A stretch of DNA of 55,791 nucleotides, filler included, from Squatina squatina (lineage: Eukaryota): assembly GCA_031763465.1 (NCBI GenBank). It is 4 parts of 4 records of this genome, joined end to end, with 100 filler letters (N's around TTAATTAATTAA, not from the genome) between each part and the next. Parts side by side here need not be neighbours in the genome. Positions count along the whole stretch, not along the records: positions 1 to 16,416 come from JARFOE010000013.1; positions 16,517 to 29,032 come from JARFOE010000168.1; 2 more parts are not named here. One strand, given 5' to 3'. Each line of letters starts with the position of its first letter. Positions within the stretch are counted from its first letter, which is position 1. Below the pieces are notes generated by a model that saw only the letters and a list, made by a program, of their open reading frames with translations, was not told the origin of the DNA and ran no database searches. Both the position numbers and the translations under genes were made by a program. Shown one piece after another: positions 12,816-23,858 of this stretch.

Positions 12816-12959
12816 GAGGGAGGGNNNNNNNNNNNNNNNNNNNNNNNNNNNNNNNNNNNNNNNNNNNNNNNNNNNNNNNNNNNNNNNNNNNNNNNNNNNN
12901 NNNNNNNNNNNNNNNNNNNNNNNNTACCCTTGAGATCTTTTTTTTTAAATTTAGTGTCT

Positions 12960-13140
12960 AACTCCTTAAACTCCCTTCACAAGTCCTCAAATCTATGTGA
13001 CTGGTGCCAACATGACCTTTAGCTGTTTTCCCTCTTATCCCAGGCATTTTCCCACCTGTTTTGTGATGTCTGCAACCCAGCACCAGGGAGGCAACATCTG
13101 GGGCTCCTGGTTATGACTGCAAAAAGGCAAAATAGACTCT
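12960..13140 (-). mobile_element. Degenerate CR1 ORF1 (SGNH esterase-like) fragment
   Basis: The minus strand encodes CLPGAGxxDI-like and HVGT motifs. Confidence 0.5.
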
Positions 13141-13453
13141 ATCTTGTGGTCCACCCATCTTTCATCCCCTGCTCTTCAGTGCTAAAGTGCAATTTTTCCC
13201 ACATAAATACATTTTTAGTCCAATTGTCACTAATTTAATATTGTAGTAAAGAAAGCATTACCGTAACACTCAATTTTCCTCACATGACTAGCATGAACAT
13301 TAGCTTACCATGGAAACATTCCACTTTTTAATTTATTTAGCTTTTTTCTTGTTTCTTGTTTAACTCATTTGTTTTGTAACTAATGAATAATAATTCGGTA
13401 AAACTCAAACGTAAACTCTCCTTATTGGAGCTGTGCTTTAGGCTTCTACACAC

Positions 13454-13611
13454 CTGAGGCAGAGTTCCTTTGACTAGAGCTGGAATATCTTCTTTACTGT
13501 AACCAACTGAACTCAAACCATCTTCAACATTCAGCTCAAACAGTAATTTCCGAAGAGTTTCGGCCAGAACTAATCCTGCATCTTCACGTTTCACAGTCTG
13601 CACATCAGTCC
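13454..13611 (-). CDS. ADHFE1: ADHFE1 (hydroxyacid-oxoacid transhydrogenase) penultimate coding exon
   Basis: ctctttcag|GGACTGAT...CCTCAG|gtgtgt, 158 nt. Translates TDVQTVKREDAGLVLAETLRKLLFELNVEDGLSSVGYSKEDIPALVKGTLPQ. Confidence 0.95.
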
Positions 13612-14058
13612 CTGAAAGAGACACAGAGCCCAGTCTGTAGTATCTGATAGGAAGGAAGTCGCAGTGTGTATTCACAGTACAGTGCTTCATTTTACTATCC
13701 TTTATATCTGATTCTAATATATGTAAAAATACATCAAAAACAGTCACACTTTCAAGTAAAATGAATTCAACTACTACTTCAAAAAAAAATTTCTTTTCTT
13801 TCTGTTTTGTATATGTCTTTAAATGGAACTTTTTTTTGGATATCAAACAAATAAAATTGTTTGACAATAAAATTGTCACCTGACCAGAACTGTCATTAAA
13901 TGTATTTTAAGTGAGACACCATTTGATGCTTTTCTCATTATGTTGGATCAAATTTATTAACTGCAGGCTGTACAAGTCTTCAAAAGGACTACTGCTAATT
14001 ACATTTTAATATTAAAGTTTAACAATATTTTCTGGTGTGCTGTTAGTTCCAAAACAAT

Positions 14059-14134
14059 GGGCCTGAAATTGCGATGTCCCCGGGTGGGAACAATGTTCCC
14101 ACGCACTTGGGGAGACATCGCAAAAGCCAGTTAT
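14059..14134 (+). mobile_element. Left end of a GC-rich MITE-like element
   Basis: GGGCCTGAAATTGCGA terminus is shared with 36980; internal hairpin GCGATGTC...GACATCGC. Confidence 0.55.
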
Positions 14135-14234
14135 NNNNNNNNNNNNNNNNNNNNNNNNNNNNNNNNNNNNNNNNNNNNNNNNNNNNNNNNNNNNNNNNNN
14201 NNNNNNNNNNNNNNNNNNNNNNNNNNNNNNNNNN

Positions 14235-14375
14235 GTACTAAGGGAATCACGGATATGGAGATAGGGTGGGAAAGTGGAGTAGAAGTTTAGCCATGATGTT
14301 GTTGAATGTGGCGGAGCAGTCTTGAGGGGTGTATGGCCTACTCCTGCTCCTATTTCTTATGAACTTATGTTCTTA
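14235..14375 (+). mobile_element. CR1 LINE 3' tail
   Basis: GCCATGATGTTGTTGAATG...GGCGGAGCAG...ATGGCCTACTCCTGCTCCTATTTCTTATG. Confidence 0.8.
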
Positions 14376-14470
14376 AAACAAAGGAGATTTGATTGTTTAA
14401 AAGTTACTACATTAACATAGGAAAGATCCACCTCACTACAGTTTGCAATATCACGGTTATTCACTTGTAC

Positions 14471-14548
14471 CTGTTTTAACTTTCATAGCTTCATAATCAA
14501 ATATTGCCACACCTGTGGTCTCACTTCCAGTGCCAGCTGTAGTGGGAA
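14471..14548 (-). CDS. ADHFE1: ADHFE1 internal exon
   Basis: cccag|TTCCCACT...AAAACAG|gtacaa, 78 nt. Translates [26 protein letters not shown], the Fe-ADH PTTxGTGSE motif. Confidence 0.95.
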
Positions 14549-14639
14549 CTGGGAAGAATAACAAAATACATAAGGTGATTAGTAAAGAACAGTATTTTTG
14601 GTTATCCATATAGCTTAACATTCAATTTCCAGATTGAAT

Positions 14640-14719
14640 TTCTACATTACATCAGTGACTACACTTTAAAACATACTGTATTGCCTGTAAAGCAGTTTGG
14701 GACATCCTGAGGTTGTGAA
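14640..14719 (+). mobile_element. Deu-SINE 3' tail fragment
   Basis: CTACATTACATCAGTGACTACACTT...TGTAAAGCAGTTTGGGACATCCTGAGGTTGTGAA. Confidence 0.55.
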
Positions 14720-15307
14720 TCATAGAATGGTTACAGCACAGAAAGAGGCCATTCGGCTGGTCGAGCCTATGCCGGCTCTCTGCAAGAGTACTTCAGCTAG
14801 TCCCACTCCTCCGCCCTTTCCCTGTAGCCCTGCAATTCTTTTCCTTCAGGTATTTATCCAATTCCCTTTTGAAAGCCATAATTGAATCTGCCTCCACCAC
14901 CCGTTCAGGCAGTGAACTCCACTAACCACTCGCTGTGTAAGAAAGTTTTTTCTCATGTCGCCTTTGGTTCTTCTGCCAATCACCTTAAATCTGTGTCCTC
15001 TGGTTCTCGGCCCTTCTACCAATCAGGATAGCTCCTGTTCAGACCCCTCATGATTTTGAGCACCTCTATCAAATCTCCTCTGTCTTCTCTGCTCGAAGGA
15101 GAACAACCCCAGCTTCTCCAGTCCATCCAGGTAACTGACATCCCTCATCCCTGGAGCCATTCCTGTAAATGTTTTCTGCACCCTCTCTAAGGCCTTCACA
15201 TCCTTCCTAAAGTGTGGTGACCAGAATTGGATACAATACTTCAGATGAGGCCAAACCAGTGTTTTATAAAGGCTCATCATAACTTCCTTGCTTTAGTACT
15301 CTATGCC
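14720..15307 (-). mobile_element. CR1 LINE 3' fragment (ORF2 C-terminus plus tail)
   Basis: ORF 15023-15280 reads LYKTLVWPHLKYCIQFWSPHFRKDVKALERVQK...LEKLGLFS; CR1 tail at the left end. Confidence 0.92.
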
Positions 15308-15696
15308 NNNNNNNNNNNNNNNNNNNNNNNNNNNNNNNNNNNNNNNNNNNNNNNNNNNNNNNNNNNNNNNNNNNNNNNNNNNNNNNNNNNNNNNNNNNNN
15401 NNNNNNNTGCAGGCCAGTGGTAATCCAGGAGGGGTGAGGTGAGAGAAATCCTTGTCAGGATGTCCACATTATGGAGTCTGGCTACATGTGATATGGGATG
15501 CACAGATGCAGCCTCTTCAGCCTGGTCTAAAAGTGTAGCACGGAAGCCACTCTTTTTAAAAAAAAACTCATTTTAAAGTATATACTTTTTAATTGCCAGA
15601 TTGCTAATAGTGGAATAACAATATTAGGGATACAACCAACAATAACACCATTAAAGCCTTGCTCCTTAAACATACGGTCAATGATTTGCTGCTTAC

Positions 15697-15851
15697 CTTA
15701 CATCTGTTGGCTCCACTCTGACCTTGTCAAACACTTGAAAGTTCACTCCATTCTTAACCAATGAATTCAGGACAGCTTTAACAGGAGGAAGCTTGGCCAG
15801 ATTCCTGTCAGTCATCACACAAACCTTCTTGGCCCCAATGTTCTGAAGATC
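15697..15851 (-). CDS. ADHFE1: ADHFE1 internal exon
   Basis: ccatag|GATCTT...GATGTAAG|gtaagc, 155 nt. Translates DLQNIGAKKVCVMTDRNLAKLPPVKAVLNSLVKNGVNFQVFDKVRVEPTDV. Confidence 0.95.
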
Positions 15852-16191
15852 CTATGGAAATGAAAGAAGTTGCCATTTTTAAAAAATATGTATAACAAGC
15901 AAGCACCAGCCAGCCAATTAGTAGTGAATAGCTCATGTATTTGCCAGGGCTATACTGTAACCCTACTCTGCAATTTTTGTTGTTGATAGGAACTTAGGAA
16001 TTGCTAGTCAAAAAAGTCCATCTCGTTCACCTTCTACCATCCTCGTTGTCATGTAATGCAATGATAATGGAGCTGTGGACTTATCATGGCAATCAAGACC
16101 AGTTGAGGGACAGGAATCAGAAGAGTTCCAACAGATTGTGGTGCCGCTGGTGTACAAAGGGAGCCAATGACAGCCATCTTGCCAACATAAG

Positions 16192-16416
16192 GAGGCTGAA
16201 ATTCCCCGAAGAAAATGGCGTCAGAAGGCGGCTAGCTCACCTCTAGGGGTCCCCGAAGCACAAAAACCTGCGCCTTGCCTGGGGAATTTTGTGGCGGGTC
16301 ATCAAAGGGCGTGCCGACCCCTTACCATCCCAGTTGTGTCCCGTGGGAGAAATGCAACGGCCACACCAGTCTGTTGCAGTGACAGCCTCCTTAAAGGGGA
16401 GGGCCGGAGCGCTGGC
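16192..16416 (+). mobile_element. Left end of a GC-rich MITE-like element
   Basis: GAGGCTGAAATTCCCC terminus and TTAAAGGGGAGG internal motif, shared with 30649-30660. Confidence 0.5.
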
Positions 16417-16516
16417 NNNNNNNNNNNNNNNNNNNNNNNNNNNNNNNNNNNNNNNNNNNNTTAATTAATTAANNNNNNNNNNNNNNNNNNNNNNNNNNNN
16501 NNNNNNNNNNNNNNNN
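16417..16516. other. Artificial scaffold-joining linker
   Basis: 44 N + TTAATTAATTAA (16461-16472) + 44 N. Confidence 0.95.
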
Positions 16517-16668
16517 GTATGTATTGTGATCTGTATTTAATCCAGTGGTGAAGACTGACCCTGCTCTTGCTGTGTACCCTCATTGGTCGAACTCCATCAT
16601 TGTACAATCCTCGTCAAATACTGACTGTTTCACTTGAGTTCTGCTTTTATTTCTGACTCGCTCTGCAG

Positions 16669-16830
16669 GCCCAGGTGAAGGAGTTCAGGCAGCTGAAGGA
16701 AGCTCTCCGAGAGATGCCAAGTTTCAAAAACCCTGGACTGAATCCAGCCATACAGCGAGAACAGAATCAGGCACGGCAAGAGCACCCCCGGGGTCCTGGC
16801 AGCAGCCAGTCACAAGTCACTGAACAAAAG
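16669..16830 (+). CDS. GOLIM4-like (Golgi integral membrane protein 4 paralog) internal exon
   Basis: Strong acceptor ...ctctgcag| and donor AAG|gtgcag; 162 nt, phase 0-0. AQVKEFRQLKEALREMPSFKNP resembles GOLIM4 TQVAEYKQLKDTLNRIPSLRKP (recalled). Confidence 0.75.
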
Positions 16831-17829
16831 GTGCAGCTAATTTCAGACAAAACTTCTTGTAAAATTTCAGTTCCCATTTACTGATTAGTTGCTGAGTGAC
16901 ATAAATATTAAAGACAATCTGAAGCTCTGCAGGGTCCTTCAGTTGACAGCACTGTAATCCCAATTGGGAGAAAGTTGGGAGGTGCCTTGTTTGAAGTGTT
17001 TTGGGTAATGTCAGTGAAATTATTAATGAGAGCCATTTGAAAGGAGAGTCACAAAGATTGCTCTCTTGTTTTGGAATAAATTCTCATTTTACCAGCGAGT
17101 GGCGGAGGTTTGGCCAGCTTGGTATTTGCCATGATGGTCTGACCCGGATTCTTCTCCTCTGGAGAAGTATATGAGGCACTGCAAGGCTGAGAGCGGAGCA
17201 GGGTCAAAGCCAGGCCCATGCCCAGGCAGTGAAGCCACCGTCCCCACTCCCCCCACCCCACAGGCACAAAGCATGTCACCCCCTGCCCTGGGTGTCTGTT
17301 CCATTTCTTTGTCTCCCACCAAACGCTCTGAAATGTGCTTGCTGGGTAAGAGTGACAGTGTTGTGCTGTGTGGCGCTGGGCATTTTTNNNNNNNNNNNNN
17401 NNNNNNNNNNNNNNNNNNNNNNNNNNNNNNNNNNNNNNNNNNNNNNNNNNNNNNNNNNNNNNNNNNNNNNNNNNNNNNNNNNNNNNNCATTATAAATGTC
17501 GATACCACTATAAATGTCAATACAGAAATTTTTAAATGGAAAAAGTTGACACAAAGTGTGACAATAAGAATTAAGGAGTAGTAGACAGGAAGTGCTTGCA
17601 AATGCAGTATCTTTAATATATTATCGTTTGTTTTTGTTTTCTACCATACTATCTTGTTTTGTTTCTGTTACTCTTTTTTTCTGTAAGTAAAGTTTCAAAA
17701 AACAATCTATAAATAAAAGTAAAGAATCTCACACCTGAAGAGTGGTAACATCGATATTCTTCCAATTTCCCCAGAAAGTATGAAGATTTCCAACTGTAAC
17801 AGTATTTTCTGTCCTTGAACACTTCATCT

Positions 17830-18025
17830 TGGTAATAAGCAGAACATGGTCCCTCTTAAAATAATCCCGTATCGTACATTTATCTTCTTCATTCCACTCA
17901 CTTTGCTCAATTACTTCTTCAAATAAAACTCCACTAAAATTTGTCATACGCAACTTACCTGAAACAAGTTTGTGCTGGCTGGCCTTTATTAACCAATGCA
18001 TTTCTAAATGCCTACTCATTTCATT
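17830..18025 (-). mobile_element. Degenerate CR1 ORF2 fragment
   Basis: HWLIKASQHKLVSGKLRMTNF...FEEV resembles the SQHGFxKGKSCLTNLxEFFEEV motif. Confidence 0.7.
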
Positions 18026-18756
18026 ATGGATTCCAAGAGTTTGCCCTGGCCTTAGGAGGAATTAAAGCAGGCTGCTCTAAAAGGTACAGTAGCACTGCCA
18101 TATTCATTGAGAGTTTCTGAGAAATATTGGGAGTAGTTGAGCCAGAGTGCTTTGACTAGATTTTCCCAAAGAGAAGGCCCTAAAACACGTCAGCTTCCAA
18201 TTTGTGTGTCAATGAGCATAATTAAAGAGGAATGGGTCCAAAACAATAGCTGGTAAAATAATGTGCAAGCACTTCATTTCCTCTTGGGTTATTGACTGGG
18301 GAGGACGTAGTCTGCGGATGATGGTTTCAGTCTGAAGAGCATTTTATTACTAGGCGAGAGAAAAGTGGAACATGTAGAGAAGCAAGGGATCTGTGCAGCA
18401 CGGACACCTGGAGGCGACATGACCAAGTGCTGCTACAGTCAGTACAAGTCTACTGCTCAAGGTCATTAAGCTACAGTTTCCACAGAAAAATGGACAGAAT
18501 TGCAGAGTGTGATCCCAAAACACTATTAAAAATCCTGCAAAATCCCAATATAAACAGAATTTGACTTATAAACCAGTGAGCCAAATTATAAACAGGCAGA
18601 ATGCAATCCCAGAAAGCTGATAAAAATCCCATGTGACAAAAACAGAATTTGGCTCCAGTCACTGTAAACAGTAGCGTTGCTAATGCTGCACAGAGTAGCT
18701 GCAGTATTGGTTCCAGTCAGCTAGTACATAGTAACTCCTGCGTGGAACTGCTATTT

Positions 18757-18996
18757 TCACTCTCGCCTCTGAGTCAGAAGGTTGTGGGTTCAAGTCGCAC
18801 CCCAGAGACTTGAGCACAAAAATCTGAGCTGACACTACAATGCAGTGCTGAGGGGGTGCTGCACTGTCTGAGGTGCTGTCTCTCGGATGTGACATTAAAC
18901 CGAAGACCCGTCTGCTCTCTCTCAGGTGGACGTAAAAGAACCCATGGCACTATTTCAAAGAGCAGGGGAGTTATCCCCGGTGTCCTGGCCAATACA
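18757..18996 (+). mobile_element. tRNA-derived Deu-domain SINE (SacSINE1-like)
   Basis: B-box GGTTCAAGTC at 18787-18796, then the Deu core TTAAACCGAAGACCCGTCTGC...GGTGGACGTAAAAGAACCCATGGCACTATTT...GGTGTCCTGGCCAAT. Confidence 0.85.
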
Positions 18997-19096
18997 NNNN
19001 NNNNNNNNNNNNNNNNNNNNNNNNNNNNNNNNNNNNNNNNNNNNNNNNNNNNNNNNNNNNNNNNNNNNNNNNNNNNNNNNNNNNNNNNNNNNNNNN

Positions 19097-19215
19097 CCTC
19101 CTCCTTTCTCCTTGAGGCCCTGAGTCTCACTGGTGTACGGATTCCACAGCTACTGGCCGCCATCGTGCACCTCACCCAAAGGGCTACCCCTTTATGTGAG
19201 AGCCTGGACAACTTG
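19097..19215 (-). mobile_element. LF-SINE-like 3' fragment
   Basis: The reverse complement GTCCAGGCTCTCACATAAAG...TTGGGTGAGGT...GTGGAATCCGTACACCAGTGAGACTCAG...AGGAGAAAGGAGG parallels 3045-3143. Confidence 0.6.
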
Positions 19216-19269
19216 CATTTATATAGTAATGTAAAAATGTATCCTAAGAACACATTCAATTAAATCTAA

Positions 19270-19533
19270 TAGGGAATTCAGAAGAATCTTCTTTAGCCAA
19301 AGAGTGGTGAGAATGTGAAACTCGCTACTACAGGGAGTGGTTGACGTGAATAGTATAGATGCATTTAAGGGGGGACTAGACAAGCATATGCGGGAGAAGG
19401 GAATAGAGGGTTATGCTGACAGATTTAGATGAGGAAAGGTGTGAGGAGGCTCGAGTGGAGCATAAATGCCAGCATGGACTGGTTAGGCCAAATGGCCTGT
19501 TTCTGTGCCGTATATCCTATGTAATCCTCTGTA
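19270..19533 (+). mobile_element. CR1 LINE 3' end
   Basis: FFSQRVVRMxNSL-type coding end, 3' UTR and CCTATGTAATCCTCTGTAA tail. Confidence 0.88.
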
Positions 19534-20614
19534 AGGACACTTACAGAGGCACAAGGAAAATGGATGGCAAGAGGCAGAGGCTGTTCAACAGTGGGCATTT
19601 CACAGCAGTGCCCATCCTCACCCGATCCTGCCCTCACCCAATCTCCCTACATGCATTTTCCATCAAAGTTCACGACTCGTGATCAGGAGCAGGAATCCTG
19701 GCTGATTTTTCTCTGCCTGGTGTATAACGTTCTCGCTTCAATGCAACTAATTGTGCATTTGTGTCGTTCACAAATATCAGCCTCTGATGAGCCTGCTGCC
19801 CCTTTCTGAGCTTTGCCATTTTTAACATTTTGTATCTCGTGCCAGTTACCGTATAGACATTTGTGCCTCGAGCAATCTGCATTCCTCAAAATAAATGGCA
19901 GTCCCTGAGTTATTTGCAAGGCAACGTCTGTCATGTTCTGGGGCTGAGTGCAGTGGCGACCAGATTCATCTGTCAGCGAGGCTGCTTTCTGCTCCTGCAC
20001 TGACAGCTCTGTCCTTGCGCATCTTTCAGATCAAGTGCTCAGCCCATTGTTCCCAGCAGACTGCCAAACACTGTTTAGAGAATCAGATTGCTGCTGTCAG
20101 CAGACACTCTCTGTCCAGGCTCCAGCTCGATTAAAAGTTAAAAAAAATGATTGAAATTAAATTAGATGCATTCAGTTCTCCAACACAAAGTGGATTTTCA
20201 TTAACAATCTGTCTATTATATCTAACATTCACCAGCCAGTTAATGAAAGGCCATTGTCGTGGAGGAGATCGATTATTAAATTGTAAGGAGACCCAAAGGC
20301 TAATCAGCCCTGCTCCATTCAGATAATGAATGCAACTTCCATCTAACTATATATTGTTTGACGCTCAAACGAAGATTCATTTATATGGAAATCATCCATA
20401 CCAGGCCAGCTTCTCCCAGTCACTCTTTTCATTTCAGTGTTAAATTAGCTTGTATAGCTCTGAGTAAGACTGCAGTCTGCACTGCTCAAACCTTTAATAA
20501 CGCCTATGATGAGCGATTCTCACTGACCTTATGTTTCCTGCTGCGATGTTACTTGTTTATGCTTTGTATTCATAGCAAACTGAGGATTCCGTAAGGAGTC
20601 AAGTCTGCTTTTTA

Positions 20615-21053
20615 GAAATTCATTCACAGGATGTGGGCATCACCGGCCAGGCCAGCATTTATTACCCATCCCTAAATTGCCCTTGAGATGGTGGCGCTGA
20701 GCCGCCATCTTGAGCCGCTGCAGTCCGTGTGGTGACTTTGTCATAGCCGTTTGGCTTGTGAGGCCATTTCAGAGGGCAGTTAAGAGTCAGCAACATTGCT
20801 GTGGGTCTGGAGTCACTTATAGGCCCAGATCAGGTAAGGATGGCAGATTGCCTTCCCTAAAGGACATGAGTGAACCAGATAGGTTTTTATGACAATCTGG
20901 TAGTTTGATGGTCACCATTACTGATACCAGCTTTTTGTTCCAGATTTATTTAATCAACTGAATTTAAATTTCCCAGTTGCTGTGGTGAGAGTTGAACTAA
21001 CATCTCTGGATCATTAGTGCAGGTCTCTGGATTGCTACTCCCATAGCATAACC
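20615..21053 (-). mobile_element. Near full-length tRNA-derived shark SINE
   Basis: tRNA-like head (GTTCAACTC B-box) at the right end on the minus strand; LINE-type tail GGGCAATTTAGGGATGGGTAATAAATGCTGGCC at the left end. Confidence 0.65.
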
Positions 21054-21057
21054 TACC

Positions 21058-21583
21058 ATTCCAAAACTCGGCTGCCTGTGTCCTAACTCGCACCAAGTTC
21101 TGTTCACCCATCACCCCCGTGCTTGCTGACTTAAACTAGCTCCCCGTCCAGCAACGCCTCTATTTTAAAATTCTCATCCTTGTTTGCAATGTATGTTCTA
21201 TGTTCTATGTTCTATCCCTCCATGACCTCACCACTCCCTATCTCTGTAATCTCCTGCAGTCCTACAACTCTCCGGGATTTCTGCACTCATCCAATTTTGG
21301 CCCCTTGAATCCCTTTTTTAATTCCTCCACTATTGGCGGCCGTGCCTTCAGCTGCCAAAGCCCTTAGCTCTAGAATTCCCTCCCTAAACTTCTCTGCCTC
21401 ACCACCCATCTCTCCTCCTTTAAGATGCTCTTTAAAACCTACCTCTTTGACAAAGCTTTTGGTTACCTGTCCAATTACCCCCCTACCTGGCTAAGAGGCG
21501 AATTCTATTTGATAACGCTCTGATGAAATGTCATTGGATGTTTTACTGCATTAAAGGCATTATATAAATACAAGTTGTTGTTG
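21058..21583 (+). mobile_element. L2-clade LINE 3' end
   Basis: QNSAACVLTRTKFCSPITPVLADLN*LPVQQRLYFKIL motif; GRAFS...NSLP...FKMLFKTYLF; tail AAATACAAGTTGTTGTTG. Confidence 0.85.
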
Positions 21584-21771
21584 GCCCAGATTTTAAGTTT
21601 ACGGGGGCAGGGGAGAGGTTAAAGGGGGCTGAGGAGAGCAACAAACCATCCTGACCTCGTCAGCATGGCGCCNNNNNNNNNNNNNNNNNNNNNNNNNNNN
21701 NNNNNNNNNNNNNNNNNNNNNNNNNNNNNNNNNNNNNNNNNNNNNNNNNNNNNNNNNNNNNNNNNNNNNNN

Positions 21772-22058
21772 NCCCCACCGACTCATGGGAATCTCTGGCC
21801 CAAGACCGCCCAAACTGGAGGAGAAGCATCCGCGAAGGCGCCAATCACTTTGAGTTTCCCCGGCGGGAGCACGCGGAGGCCAAGCACAGGCAGCGGAAGG
21901 AGCGCGCGGAAACACGAGCATCCCACCCACTCGCCCCATCAAACCCCACCTGTGGTAGAGTTTGCGGATCCAGTATAGGACTATTTAGTCACCTCACAAC
22001 CCTGGAGTGGAAGCAAGTCATCTTTGACCCCAAGAGACTGCTTAAGAAGGAAGAGGAC
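21772..22058 (+). mobile_element. RTE-clade (BovB-like) LINE 3' end
   Basis: Open frame PTDSWESLAQDRPNWRRSIREGANHFE...PTCGRVCGSSIGLFSHL, with the RTE C-terminal W..LAQDR..WR motif and a Zn-finger remnant. Confidence 0.8.
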
Positions 22059-23714
22059 TTAACAGTAAAGAAATTCAGTTAAGTGTCTAGGTTCATTAAA
22101 AAGTTGAATTGTTAGGTTGTCTCTTTCGTGAACCTCGATGTGCAATGGTAGATGCAACTTGCTTTAGCAATGCTTATAATTTTCGTATAGAATTTGTCGT
22201 CTTTGCCTTGAACTAAGTCCCCTTTCTCCCCCCACCCCTAGAGAGCGTTGTGCATCTCCAACAGAAAAAAACAAATCTTACCAGTCCAGAAAGAGCAAAA
22301 CTTGAGAGAAACCTATTGACTGGCAAATTGGATTATAGGATTGGTCTTGTTCTGTTGCTGGTAGTAGGAAAAAGTTTACACTTGGCTGCGACTGTTTCAT
22401 AGCTTTCTGTTTGTAGTCCATGCAAGGCTTGAAGTAATTTTGTATGATGAGCTAATAACCATTTTGCAACTGCTGTGCATCACACTGGCCTCCAATTCCT
22501 TCTTGTATTTCTATAATTTGTGCGTGAATGTTGAATAATCAAGACAAATGTTCAATTTTGCTGCATTCAGGAAACTATAAATGAGTTTGATATAAAACTG
22601 GACACATTCTCATCTGTATAGCAATCGATGCCGACTTTTTTAATGGAGCAACTAGTCATTGAGCATAGAGAATTTGGGTTGTTAGTAATTTTGATAACTA
22701 TTGTGCAACAAGTCAAAACACATCTGATCCCTCCGGACAATATTTACCGTGGTGCTATTGGCAAAAGCCTGGCCAGAAGTAGTTTACTTTGTGCTCAAGT
22801 ATAGAATTGTGTATTGAAGTAAATGTCCCTGAAGTAAATGTGATTAAAACCTAATGCTGTTGAAATCAGAAAGCACTACCCAAGATTTGAGACCCGAGAA
22901 CAAATCAGCTGAAAAATATAGGCAATGCGTGGATAGTGAGTAGAACAATTGGATAAATATGCACACCCTATTGGAAAGAGCTACCCATTGCAAGTGTTGA
23001 ATGCACATTGTACTTGAACACACTTAATAGTTGTATCTTCAGAGTGGTGTATCTAACGAAGGTCTTGTGCATTTAGGCTATTTTCAGGATAGCTAACTTG
23101 TACAATTTGGAAAGTGGAATCTGAACTGAGGTCACAGGGTTGTGTGGTAGTGAAAGCTTGTGTAATTAGATGGCCTGTACCTGAAATTGTATAGTAGAAA
23201 ATTAACATCAGTTGGCTGGCCATAAGTGACCCTTATGTTTATGCATTGCACAGCAAATCCTGAAGGCATTTTTATTTAGTAAATATTTAAACAACTTCTA
23301 GTTTCATGGCTGCAGGTCGTCTTAAGATATCAGCAGTTGAGGAAGGCTGTTCAGGCTATCTTAAGCTGTCTACCCAACTGCGCCGCGCCGCGCCCCTCCC
23401 CTCCCCTGCCACCCCATAGTTCTAGTTTTTGTCTTAACGGCCCTATCACTAAGAACGTGCTGACCAGTCCAAAATTTGCCTCCCTATCCTGCCATCAGTT
23501 TAGTTGCTGTTTCAAGCTAAACCTTTTTTGCTGATTACTATCTTGTGTATATCTCGGATACCCATTGAGCTGTTTAGCAATCTAGATGTTTATCTTCCAG
23601 ATTCTAAAATATTTGTACAATTTTGATATTTTTAGGAAGTACTTAAATAGAATTAAGTTGGAATTTGACTTTTCTGAATTCTAAATTTGTTTTTTTTTTT
23701 CCTTTTCTTAACAG

Positions 23715-23858
23715 CAAAAAAGGCTTCAATGTCCGATCGTTTGGAACAGGGACGCATGTGAAACTACCGGGACCGGCTCCGGACAAGCCAAATATATACG
23801 ATTTCAAAACTACATATGATCAGATGTACAGTGATCTCATTAGGAAAGACAAAGAACT
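23715..23858 (+). CDS. SSU72: SSU72 RNA polymerase II CTD phosphatase, exon 2
   Basis: ttaacag|CAAAAAAGGC...GAACT|gtatccat, 144 nt. KKGFNVRSFGTGTHVKLPGPAPDKPNIYDFKTTYDQMYSDLIRKDKEL is near-identical to vertebrate Ssu72. Confidence 0.97.

Noticed and set aside
16461-16472. TTAATTAATTAA as a biological repeat or CRISPR-like spacer
   Set aside because: Always centred in exactly 44 N on each side, so it is a synthetic linker.
18757-18810. tRNA gene suggested by the B-box
   Set aside because: It is the head of a Deu-domain SINE; no full cloverleaf is evident.
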